Positions 9,795-20,300 of a stretch of DNA of 64,000 nucleotides are shown one piece after another (within the stretch, counting starts at the first letter, position 1; every line of letters begins with the position of its first letter). Source of the DNA: an uncultured Clostridia bacterium (GTDB taxonomy: Bacteria > Bacillota > Clostridia > TANB77 > CAG-508). Location of the stretch: assembly GCA_934120675.1 (NCBI GenBank), contig CAKOUU010000001.1, forward strand, positions 17,926-81,925. The letters are read 5' to 3'. Below the pieces are notes generated by a model, which was given only the letters and a program-made list of their open reading frames with translations, was not told the DNA's origin and did not search any database. Position numbers and translations under genes: made by a program.

Positions 9795-10013
9795 TTAATA
9801 TGGTACTATTCGTACGAAGCCCTTTCCTCTACAGGTTGTACACCATCTAAGATCAGTTCCATCAGTTCCATAATACTCACCCTTTCCATTACAGTCAGGA
9901 CAAATATAAGCTCCTGCAGATGCTTCTTCGAACTTATGCTCAAGCATATGTTTTTCATATACATCTTTGGAAAAAAACTCCTTTTTACATTTTTCGCATA
10001 CGTATTTTACCAT
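9795..10013 (-). CDS. Small zinc-finger protein (C2H2-like finger plus two CxxCxGxG motifs)
   Basis: 72 aa from the ATG at 10013, with SD GGAGGAAAAGGT. YVCEKCKKEFFSKDVYEKHMLEH fits C-x2-C-x12-H-x3-H. CPDCNGKG and CTTCRGKG are DnaJ-type zinc motifs. Confidence 0.6.
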   Translation of the reverse strand: MVKYVCEKCKKEFFSKDVYEKHMLEHKFEEASAGAYICPDCNGKGEYYGTDGTDLRWCTTCRGKGFVRIVPY

Positions 10014-10103
10014 ACCTTTTCCTCCTGGCAATGCCAAAAAAATATTATTAAAAAGCGACATTGCAATTATATCACCCCTTCTAATTTATGTCAACACAAA
10101 TTT

Positions 10104-10268
10104 TCACAGTGATTTTTTAGCCGCAATAATAGCAAGATTATCAGCAAATGCAGTAAAAAAAGCAGCCAATATAGCTAGTTCATCAGCATCCATTTCTTCT
10201 CCAACGCTAATTGCCAAAGAACTTGCTAAACCAATTAAGTTACAACTAGAAAAATCAGAAAAACACAT
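10104..10268 (-). CDS. Small hypothetical protein (54 aa)
   Basis: Hand-translated: MCFSDFSSCNLIGLASSLAISVGEEMDADELAILAAFFTAFADNLAIIAAKKSL. SD AGAGGTG lies 8 nt upstream. Absent from the track. Confidence 0.35.
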   Translation of the reverse strand: MCFSDFSSCNLIGLASSLAISVGEEMDADELAILAAFFTAFADNLAIIAAKKSL

Positions 10269-10311
10269 ATAATACACCTCTAAAGTATTATATGTGCTTT
10301 ATTTTGATATG

Positions 10312-10911
10312 TTAAATTTCTCTTCTACCCTCTAACGCTTTAGTTAAAGTAATTTCATCTGTATACTCTAAGTCTCCACCAACAGGAATACCATGTGCAA
10401 TTCTAGTAACTTTAACGCCTAAAGGTTTAATAAGTTTAGACAAATACATCGCAGTTGCTTCACCTTCAACTCTAGGATTTGTAGCAAGTATAACTTCTTT
10501 TACACTTCCATCCATAAGTCTTGCAAGTAATTCTTTAATTTTTATATCATCAGGTCCAACTCCATTCATAGGCGAAATAGAACCATGTAAAACATGATAC
10601 ACACCTTTAAATTCATGCGTTTTTTCCATAGCAACAATGTCCCTAACATCTTCTACAACACATATAGAAGATTGGTCTCTTTTAGGACTTGCACATATTG
10701 GGCATGGGTCTGTATCTGAAATATTAAAACACTTGCTACAATATTTTAAATTATGTTTTGCATCTTGTATCGATTTTATAAATTCATTTGATTCTTCTTC
10801 TGAACAATTTAATATATAAAACGCAAGTCTTGCAGCTGTTTTGTGTCCTATACTAGGTAGCTTTTCAAAACTTTCTATTAATTTCTCGATTGATGGTGAA
10901 TATAATGACAT
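10312..10911 (-). CDS. recR: Recombination protein RecR
   Basis: 199 aa with a C4 zinc finger ([16 protein letters not shown]) and a Toprim region. The dnaX-ybaB-recR order is conserved. Confidence 0.95.
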   Translation of the reverse strand: MSLYSPSIEKLIESFEKLPSIGHKTAARLAFYILNCSEEESNEFIKSIQDAKHNLKYCSKCFNISDTDPCPICASPKRDQSSICVVEDVRDIVAMEKTHEFKGVYHVLHGSISPMNGVGPDDIKIKELLARLMDGSVKEVILATNPRVEGEATAMYLSKLIKPLGVKVTRIAHGIPVGGDLEYTDEITLTKALEGRREI

Positions 10912-10930
10912 CCTTTTACTCCTTATTTTA

Positions 10931-11275
10931 CTACATTAATCCTGGAATATTAAATTTTCCAAACTCTTGACTTTGAGCACTATCAACTTTTCTTAATGCT
11001 TCATTAACACATGTTAAAATTAAATCTTCTAACATTTCAACATCTTCTGGATCAACAACATCAGGCTTGATTTTTATTTCTTTTATAACTTTCTCACCCG
11101 TAACTTTTACACTAATTGCTCCTCCACCTGCTGTTGCATCAAACTCCTTACTTGATAACTCCTCTTGTGATTTTTGCATTTCTTCTTGCATTTTTTTGGC
11201 TTGTTTCATTAAATTATTCATATTCATTCCGCCAAATCCTCCCATACCTCCTGGGAATCCACCTCTTTTTGCCAT
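10931..11275 (-). CDS. ybaB: Nucleoid-associated protein YbaB/EbfC
   Basis: 114 aa with [18 protein letters not shown] and a Gly-rich N-terminus, located between dnaX and recR. Confidence 0.9.
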   Translation of the reverse strand: MAKRGGFPGGMGGFGGMNMNNLMKQAKKMQEEMQKSQEELSSKEFDATAGGGAISVKVTGEKVIKEIKIKPDVVDPEDVEMLEDLILTCVNEALRKVDSAQSQEFGKFNIPGLM

Positions 11276-11300
11276 TTTAAACTCCTCCTTTTTATCATTT

Positions 11301-12968
11301 CTACATCATATTAAATGGAATATTAGACTCACTCGCTAACCTCTGAATATCATCTTCAGGATTATGCACAACAACTGAATTTTGAGCATCATTTATATAT
11401 TTAATCTGCATATCCTTACCACAAGCTAACGAAACCAAACTAGAAATTTCCTTAATATTTTCCTGTTTATCTAGAACAGCTTTACCAAAAGCCGTCATTC
11501 CTTTTTTAAACTTAATACCAACAGTATTATCATTTATCTGTTCAGCACTAGTATTCATTAAGTTTGTGTATAGTACTATTTTACCATTTTGTTTTAAATC
11601 ATTTACAATTTTAGGCCAACTCTTACTCAAATCACTTGAATATGTCCTGCTCATTGGCTGTCTACTTACATTATTAGAAGTACCTTGAGTATTATCCATT
11701 TTAGGTGACATACTATTTCTAACAGCATTATTACCAACTACTGGATTTGAATTACTATATGTTGCCATATTATTAGAAGCAACGCCTGATGTCACATTTG
11801 ATGCCACAGTATTTGTAACTGCAACCTTTCCAGACTTCAAATAATTTTCTATTTTTTCAAGTCTTTCTTCAACATCTCCGCCAGTACCAACTTCTTTACT
11901 ACATAGCTTAATAATACCAGCTTGAAACATAATTGTTTTTTGTGTAGACCATTTCATATCATTTTCTAAATTTGATAATTCATAAATCAAATTAACTAGC
12001 TTTTCTTTTGTAACTTTATCTGATAAAGCTTTGATATTTGTGACTTCTTCTTCACTATATAATTCTGCTTTTCCAGAAGACTTATAAATTAAGACATCTT
12101 TTACATATTTAATAATTTCCCATAAAAAATTATTTAAATCCTTGCCTTGATTTAAAATTTCATCCATACTAGCTAAAGCCTTATCAATATCATATTCAAC
12201 AATTGCATCAACTATACTATGTACAAATGTAATTTTAGGAATTCCAACTAAATCTTTAATTTTATCTTCATCAATTTTATTTTCTCCATCTTGAACACAT
12301 CTTTCCAAAATTGACAAAGCATCTCTCATTGCGCCTTCAGCTAAAACTGAAATAATTTTTAAAGCTCCATCTGTAACTTCTATATTACTTTCTTTACAAA
12401 CAATTTCAAGTCTTTTTATAATATCTTCATTTGAAATTCTTTTAAAATCAAATCTTTGACATCTTGAAAGTATTGTTGCAGGTAGCTTTTGAGGTTCTGT
12501 CGTTGCCAAAATAAATTTAACATGTTCTGGTGGCTCTTCCAAAGTCTTTAATAATGCATTAAAAGCCCCTGGTGATAACATATGAACCTCATCTATAATA
12601 TATACTCTATATTTTGCCTTTGTTGGCAAAAAATTAACTTCTTCACGAATACTTCTAATATCTTCAACACTATTATTTGAAGCAGCATCCATTTCAACAA
12701 TATCTGTAAGAGAACCATTTAATGCCCCTTTACAAATTTCACACTCATTACAAGGTTCCCCATCTTTTGGATTTAAGCAATTTATTGCTCTTGCCAAAAT
12801 TTTTGCAGATGATGTCTTACCTGTTCCACGTCCACCGTTAAACAAATAAGCATGTCCCACTCTATCTGCCATAATCTGATTTCTTAATGTACGTGTAATG
12901 TGTTCTTGACCAACAAGTTCTGAAAAAGTTATTGGTCTAAACTTTCTATAAAGAGCTGTGTACCCCAT
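11301..12968 (-). CDS. dnaX: DNA polymerase III subunits gamma/tau
   Basis: [12 protein letters not shown], Walker [10 protein letters not shown], a zinc module CNECEIC, and the SRC motif. Confidence 0.95.
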   Translation of the reverse strand: MGYTALYRKFRPITFSELVGQEHITRTLRNQIMADRVGHAYLFNGGRGTGKTSSAKILARAINCLNPKDGEPCNECEICKGALNGSLTDIVEMDAASNNSVEDIRSIREEVNFLPTKAKYRVYIIDEVHMLSPGAFNALLKTLEEPPEHVKFILATTEPQKLPATILSRCQRFDFKRISNEDIIKRLEIVCKESNIEVTDGALKIISVLAEGAMRDALSILERCVQDGENKIDEDKIKDLVGIPKITFVHSIVDAIVEYDIDKALASMDEILNQGKDLNNFLWEIIKYVKDVLIYKSSGKAELYSEEEVTNIKALSDKVTKEKLVNLIYELSNLENDMKWSTQKTIMFQAGIIKLCSKEVGTGGDVEERLEKIENYLKSGKVAVTNTVASNVTSGVASNNMATYSNSNPVVGNNAVRNSMSPKMDNTQGTSNNVSRQPMSRTYSSDLSKSWPKIVNDLKQNGKIVLYTNLMNTSAEQINDNTVGIKFKKGMTAFGKAVLDKQENIKEISSLVSLACGKDMQIKYINDAQNSVVVHNPEDDIQRLASESNIPFNMM

Positions 12969-13037
12969 AATTTCACATCCTTTATAATTTTAGAATTTAC
13001 TATAATAGGAAAATCAAAAATTATCTTATTATAGTAT

Positions 13038-13160
13038 AAAATTTAATCCCTCTATAGAGAGTACTCCACATAAAGATTTTCTACTTATTGCTGCTTCCTT
13101 CCGGACCTGACAAGGTTCATAGGTCTCTATTGGATTACCCTCTATACAAAGATTAAATTT
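13038..13160 (-). ncRNA. ffs: Signal recognition particle RNA (small, 4.5S-like)
   Basis: The minus strand contains GTCAGGTCCGGAAGGAAGCAGC, the invariant SRP domain IV motif. It is enclosed by a long closing stem (AAATTTAATC...GATTAAATTT). The position upstream of dnaX is typical of Firmicutes. Confidence 0.85.
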
Positions 13161-13217
13161 CATACCTTTGTATTATATACTGACTTTAAAAAATTATCAA
13201 GTACTTTTTTAATTCTT

Positions 13218-13970
13218 TTATGTTCTTTTAAAAATAATATCTTTTAAGTCAGTATTTTCAGTACTTTGCATTCCATTATCTACAACATTTCCTGTTGGCA
13301 AATCTAAATTCATGCTAGCTTTATAACTTTTTTTAGAATCTAAATTCACAATAATATCAAATGAAACACTAAATTTAATATCATCATTATTTATTGCCAA
13401 TTTTTTTAACAAATCATTATGATTTATCTGCTCATCATCATTTGAAGTATAATTTCCTATATCCTCAATAGCATATCTAAAGACCACTAATCCACCCTGA
13501 TTTGAAATTTTCATTTCTTTTATGCTTGAATCAATATCCCCCTTATACTCTATTCTATCAACTTCATTTTCTGAACTATTTTTAAAAATGACACTATCAA
13601 TATTTGCATCTGGTTTTAATAATTTTATTTTTCCAACTTTAAGTTCTTGATTAATTTTAAAATTATCTAAAACAACACTTGAAATTGTCTCTGTATATTT
13701 GTAATCTGAATTTTTCTTTATATACAAATAAATATCATTATTTTGGTTTACTGCCAAATTCCATTTATTTTGTTCGTCATTTGCATCTGTTCCTTCAACA
13801 TTACTTATTATTGATATTTTTGATAAAGTAAATGGTGGATTGCCTTCACCTTCTACATTATATTTCAAAGAGATTAATGCTACAACAAATATTATCAATA
13901 ATATTATGCTCATTACCATACACATATGAAATTGTCTCGTTTCCGTTATTTGTTTTATTTTTTCTTTCAA
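13218..13970 (-). CDS. Hypothetical membrane-anchored protein
   Basis: 250-aa ORF with one N-terminal TM segment (MCMVMSIILLIIFVVALISL). No motif recognised. Confidence 0.5.
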   Translation of the reverse strand: MKEKIKQITETRQFHMCMVMSIILLIIFVVALISLKYNVEGEGNPPFTLSKISIISNVEGTDANDEQNKWNLAVNQNNDIYLYIKKNSDYKYTETISSVVLDNFKINQELKVGKIKLLKPDANIDSVIFKNSSENEVDRIEYKGDIDSSIKEMKISNQGGLVVFRYAIEDIGNYTSNDDEQINHNDLLKKLAINNDDIKFSVSFDIIVNLDSKKSYKASMNLDLPTGNVVDNGMQSTENTDLKDIIFKRT

Positions 13971-14048
13971 ATTCTTTCCTCACTCTTATAAAAAATTAAA
14001 ACCATATAATTCATAGTGTTTTCAATGATTACATGGTTTTTTTATTAC

Positions 14049-14124
<76 letters not shown>

Positions 14125-14220
14125 ATTAAAAACCATATATACTATACCAAATTTTCTAAAAAATTTCAAGTAGTTTTATATATTAGAAAAGTTGTATAAC
14201 TTTCCTAATGTTACAGTTCA

Positions 14221-14256
14221 AAGAAAAAGAATTGCAGTTTAAAACCACAATTCTTT
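14221..14256 (-). terminator. Terminator downstream of the giant surface-protein gene
   Basis: AAGAATTG / CAATTCTT stem followed by a T-run on the minus strand. A second AT-rich hairpin lies just upstream. Confidence 0.5.
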
Positions 14257-14354
14257 GTCCACATAAGAAAATTTATATAATAAATTTTCTGTACCATATT
14301 AATCTACATATTATGAAAGTTATTTAATCTTTCTAATCTAAATAAAATTTTAAG

Positions 14355-17300
14355 TTACAAAACAAATTTCTTTATTATTACAACTCCTCCTGCAATAACA
14401 ATTAAACATGAAATTCCAATAATATAGTAAATAACATGGTTATCACTACCCGTTGGTGGAACTATAGTAAGTGTCGCACGACTTATATGATCATATCCAT
14501 TATCATCGCTTTCATGTGTATCATTTGTCAAATCATAGTTACCAGGTGTATAATTCTTCCAACTTCCATTAATCTCTTCACCATAGAATCTACCAACATC
14601 ACTTGTACTACTCAAAATTTCAGTATAATTTTCATACAAGTTATCGTCTGAAGCAGATACAATTTTACTTGCTTCTACCTTCAAATATTGAGTTTCATTC
14701 TGTCGTATTTCTTTATTCCACTCATTCAATAATATGTTTTTTCTATTCTTTATTACATCATATGCTTTTTGAGAAAGTGAATTCTTAATATTAACCCCCT
14801 CTTTTAATTTCCAATCTGGACTACTTTCATTATATGGACTTATTAAGCCCTCATCCATATAGTCAACTATTGAATTTACCGTCAATGAGACAGGTGTATT
14901 TCCTGGTGTTCCATATTTGTAATAACTTTCTGTATTATAATCTGTTTCTGATTTGTTTTTTACGCTTATCGTATATTCAACCTGTAATGTTGAACCTTGA
15001 ATCAAATTATTATCCGCCTCTACTTTTAGTATACCATTTTGTGGATATGTAACATAATTCATAGTAGTTGTTCGAGGATCCCCCTCTACTAGAACCGTTC
15101 CATTTTGTAATGTCAATTTAATATAACTGATTTCTTTATTTACTTCTAAGCTTTGTCTTGGTCTTTCAACTATACCAAATTTAATGTTATAAATACGAGA
15201 TGGTTCTACATAATCATAATTTGTTGTTTGATCTTTTTTGTCTTCTATTGGGAATGTCATTTTTCCTGTAGTAGCTATCATATAATGATTACTTTCGGCA
15301 TCTGAATTATTATCATAGTTATCTTTAACAGTATAAGAATTATATTTCAAATTCTGATTTATTGCACTTCTTCTATTCCAATCGTCAAGCGCAGAAGAGC
15401 AATTTTCCAACTCGGTATCTTGGTACCAGTATTCTGACCTATTTTGTACTGCTTGTTTAAATTTATCATTTGTTATTATTGTAGACTTATAATCTTGTGT
15501 TGTTACATTTTTAGTTATAATCTTACTTTGCATATCACCTTTTTTACCATATGTATATTTTGTAACATATTCCCCAGGAATTATTCCAACAAACTCAAAT
15601 CTTCCATCACTTGTTGTCTTAGTGTCTGCCGGAGTTTTTATAACATTTCCGCCGTCACCTAGTGTATATAGTGTAATTACATTAGCATCACTATAATCAC
15701 TACCATTATCAAAATTAACAAGTTCTACCTTAACATCATTAACGCCATTGTTTCCTTGCTCATATTTTCCATCACCTATACGTTCTTTTGTAAGTGTCAA
15801 GTTTGCTTCATCTTCAAATACTAAACCAGAAATTGACTTTGGAGTTTTTCTTTTAATATGTAAATCAGGTGTACTATCTGTATCGTCCTCATATGTAGAA
15901 ATATCTCCATATGATATATTTTCTGGGGCTGAATCAGTATCTATTCCTGCATATGCATTTTTGTTTGAATCATATGAAGAATAGGCTGTTATTTCTGTTG
16001 TATTGCCAACTACATATACCTCTCCACCATTTGCTTGTAAATCTGCCAAACTAATAATTGCATTTGTATTTAGTTCATATGTTAAATATACAGTTGCCAT
16101 TTTTCCCGGTTCAATAAATGTATCTACTTCCCCTGACTGCCATATATTACGTACCGAATCATTTGTAGTTCCAACTTTACTCCATGTAACCTTTTTGTCA
16201 GTATTTGTTCCATCTTCTATATAAGAATCTATAAATTCAAGTTGTGAATCTGAATAGTTTCTTAATCCTTTAACTTTTACAAATGGTATAGAACTTTCAT
16301 TTTTTAATGAAATTTGGTATGTTAAGTAAATTTTTAATCTAGCTTCATCATCTGGGTTGTCCTTTGTAAATGCAATATATGAGTCATATATTCCTCTTGA
16401 ATATGTAACATCTCTGTAGTTTCCTTGATTATTTTTTACAGATACATTAAATCCATCTAGCAAAGAATCATATGCACTATTTAGTTCATTATTTGGTAAA
16501 CCTGCATTTATATACTTAGCTCTTTGTCCAAAATTATATGTATGCTCATAACCATTTATTGTCATATGCATATTGTTTAAATCAGTTGCAATTGCTATAT
16601 CAGGTTGATTTCTTAATGCGATTCCTAAGTTAACATCTTTTATTTCTGTAACTCCAGCTTTCCACTTATCTAATGAATATTCTGCATCTTTAGTATTTGC
16701 TTTTATTGAGGCCCCTGTTGAACCATCTTGTGGAATAACAGAATTTTTTGTGCTTCCAGCTGTGTATGCTGTATTAGGCACTAAAGATGAACTGTATGTT
16801 CCATTTGTATATACTAATGAATTTGTAATATTTCCATTTTGGTCCAATGAATATCCCTTTGTTCCACTACTATTTTTTTCGTTTCCTCCTGATATAGTAG
16901 AATATGAATTATTAAAATCTGTTCTTAAAGTTGTATTTTCAACTGCCTTTGAACCATTATCTTTATCAAGTTTTTTTGTTACATTTTGGTATTTTAAACC
17001 ATTATATTCAAATTCGATATAATAATCAGATAATTCATCTATTTTTACTTTTCTAAACATGTATTCACCTTGTGAACCTGTCGTTGTTGTTTGAAGTGTT
17101 TCTGATTTTGTATTTTTTAGTCTAACCGTAATACCATTAATTAAAGTTTCATTTCTATCTGCATCATATAAATCGTTTCTTGTTGATTGCTTATTTTTAT
17201 CAATGGTATCTTCCCATACATAACCTGAAACATCTAAATAAATTTGCTTGTTTTTAATGTCTTTTGTTTGTGTCGTTCCATTTACAAGTTGAATTGTATC

Positions 17301-20300
17301 TGGATCTGTTTTTATTTTATAGTATTCCGATAAATTGTCTGGTAAAGCATATTCTTCAATATAATATGTAATTTTATTTTTTCCTTCATATACAGGTAAA
17401 TTATCAACTTCAAATTGTGCATTACTATCTGTTGTTAATGTCTTTGCTTTATTTTTATCTGTTTCACTAAAGTCACTATAACTGTATTTATTAGGTGATG
17501 TTTCTTTTAAATAATATTTTGTGTTATTTTTTAATACATATAGCTTAAACTGTACTCCACTCAGTTTTATTTCTCCTAATGAAGTATTCCCTGTATCTTC
17601 GTCTTTCTTTATTACCTTTAGGTTTCCATATTGTTTGTTTTTTAATTCTGTTTTTTCTGTTTTTCCAGCAGTAACAGTTATATCTTTTTTCTTATCTGAA
17701 TCATCTTGCAATCCTAAATTATAACCACTTGGAGTACTTATTTCTTCCACCTTGTATTTTCCAGCTAACAGATTTGAAAAAGTTACCTTTCCACTACCAT
17801 CTGTTAATTTTTCTTCTGTTCCCCCTCCTGGTTTCGTTAATCTAATTTTAGCATTATTGAGAACAGCCCCTGTATCTTTATCTTTTTTTATTACTTCTAT
17901 TTGTCCAACCAAATCTTTCGAACCAAAATTTGTAGAGGTTGATCCCGCTGAAGTCCAACTATTACTATATGTTCCATTAATTCTCATCCTTTGGCAAGCA
18001 AAACTAGTTCCTTTTAAAGTATAATCTGCTCCTCCATCTGTTTCTTTACAACTTCTTCCATTATGTGTCTTTTTCCCTCCAGCAGCAACTGAACTACAAT
18101 AATATGTTGTCGCTGTTGTACCCCATTCAGAATATCCATATACACCATCTACATCCACAGTAACCTTAACATCATTAATCTTTGTTGTTGAATTATCTAC
18201 ATATACATAAAATGAATATGTACCATTATCAGCAACATTAAAATAATTAATCTTTTCAATTCCACTTGTAACAATATTACCACTTTGAGTATTATCGCTT
18301 CCACCTGCAAAGAAATCATATTTTGTTCCATCTGTCTTTGTTGCCGAACCACTTATAGATATTTTACCACCATAATTCACACTAACTTTATATGGTCCAA
18401 CTCTACAATATCCGTTACTTTGCTGTGATATAGATATGTTATTTGAATCTTGAGTCGAAATTGATATCGACTTTTGTAATGTAGGTCCGCTAGATCCTGT
18501 TTTATTTGAACTTGATCTAAGATATGTATAATAATGAGCCGCTTTACCACACTGTGGATGTCCCGAATCTATACAATAATATCTGTGTGCATGGTTCTCT
18601 TCTCCATCATCAGCATGAAAATTTCTAGTTTTATCAGTAATACAACACACCCTAATATCCAAAGCCAAAACCTGATTAAATATACATCCAGATCCCATTA
18701 TAAGTACGAATAAAAACATTATTGTACCTTTAAATTTATATTTTTTTACCATATATACAGAAAATAATATAACTAATAAAATAATTATAAATATTAAAAT
18801 ATTTCTTACAATACCTGTTTTAACAGAAATTATAACTTGAGCTTGAGAAAAATCATCCTCACTCTCATTTTTATTTCCTTCAGTTGAATCTATATCCTTA
18901 GTTCCGTTAACACTAATGCACTTATTTATTTCTGTTTTATTTGTTAATGTCCCTATAGTATTAGACGTTAAACTTCTTGTTAAATATAATATAATTTTCT
19001 TGCTTTCTCCTGTTTTTATAACAATTCCAGAAATTCCATTATATATAACCATATTAGTTCCTTTTTTAGTCCACCCACTATTTTTGCTACTATCAAAAGT
19101 AAATCCTTCAGGAATATAGTCTACAATTTCATTAACATATCCATCTGCATTACCTTCATTTTTAATTTCCAATTGATACTCTACTTCAATACTTGCTCCA
19201 TCTATCTTTTTAGCCGGTATTTCTACTTTTACTAATTTACTTTCATTGTAATTATATTCTTTTTCTGTTCCATCATAAGTAAGTTTTAAATTCAATATAC
19301 TTTTATTTAGTGACATATCAAATTCTTCTTTTTCTACAAGTCCCAAATCAATATTTTCAATATTAGAATTTTTTACACTTAGTTTATCTGTTAAACCAAC
19401 ACTTTTTTCTTCACCATCAATAGCAACACTTTTTAAAATTGCGTCTGAATTTATTTCTTCTCTAACTCCATTTTTCTTATAATCAGTTATTGCGTATTTT
19501 CCAGTATCAAATTCAAATAAAACCAAATAATTTCCTTTTTTAACATTAGTAAAGTCATATTTACCATTTGAATTTGTTTTTATAATTGTATTAGTTCCAT
19601 CTTTCTTTTTTACAATAGCATTTGAATCTGCATCATATAATTTTATGATTACATCCGATAGCAACTGTTCTCCACTATCTCTTTGACCATTTTTATTTGA
19701 ATCAACCCAAACCGTTCCACTAATATCATATGTTTTATCATCTCCTGGTGTTGGGTTCGGATTATCAGGATTGTCTGGGCTATCTGGATTATCCGGATTA
19801 TCTGGATTATTCGGATTATCCGGGTCTGGTGTTGAATCTTCATCATTTGCAAGCACATATACTTTTATTATATTAGATGTTTTTGATGTAATATAATCTC
19901 CATAAACAGTTGCAAAGTTTGAAACTTCTTTTGTTTCGGTCACAAATCCTGCTTTTGCCTTAATAACAAAATTTAATGTCTTTCCTGCAGGAATTAATAC
20001 CGTTGAATCAAATCCAGTTTTGCCATTAACTTGATATTGTAAATTTATCGTCTCCTTTACTCTATCACATTGTAAATTTTCTTCTTCATTTATATCATAT
20101 TCTGTATATACATGATTACTCTCTTTTAAGACATATTTATCATATTCAGCTGATATTCCTTCCAAACCATCTGGTAAATAATCTTGAACATTAACATATA
20201 CTCTAGTTTTACTCTCATTCTTTACATTAACTTTATATTCAATTTCTTCACCATATTTAAGTTTTTCTCCTTCTTTTTCACAGCTTTGAGTAATTGTCAC

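Noticed and set aside
9729-10272. Plus-strand ORFs of 127 aa and 101 aa across the zinc-finger gene region.
   Set aside because: They overlap the minus-strand zinc-finger ORF and the 54-aa ORF, both of which have good SDs. They also cross a strong terminator.
17990-18700. Possible thioester-domain (TED) adhesin head, because of the YYCID motif after the internal signal peptide of the giant protein.
   Set aside because: I could not find the partner Gln motif (TQxA[IV]W-like) downstream, so the resemblance rests on four residues only.
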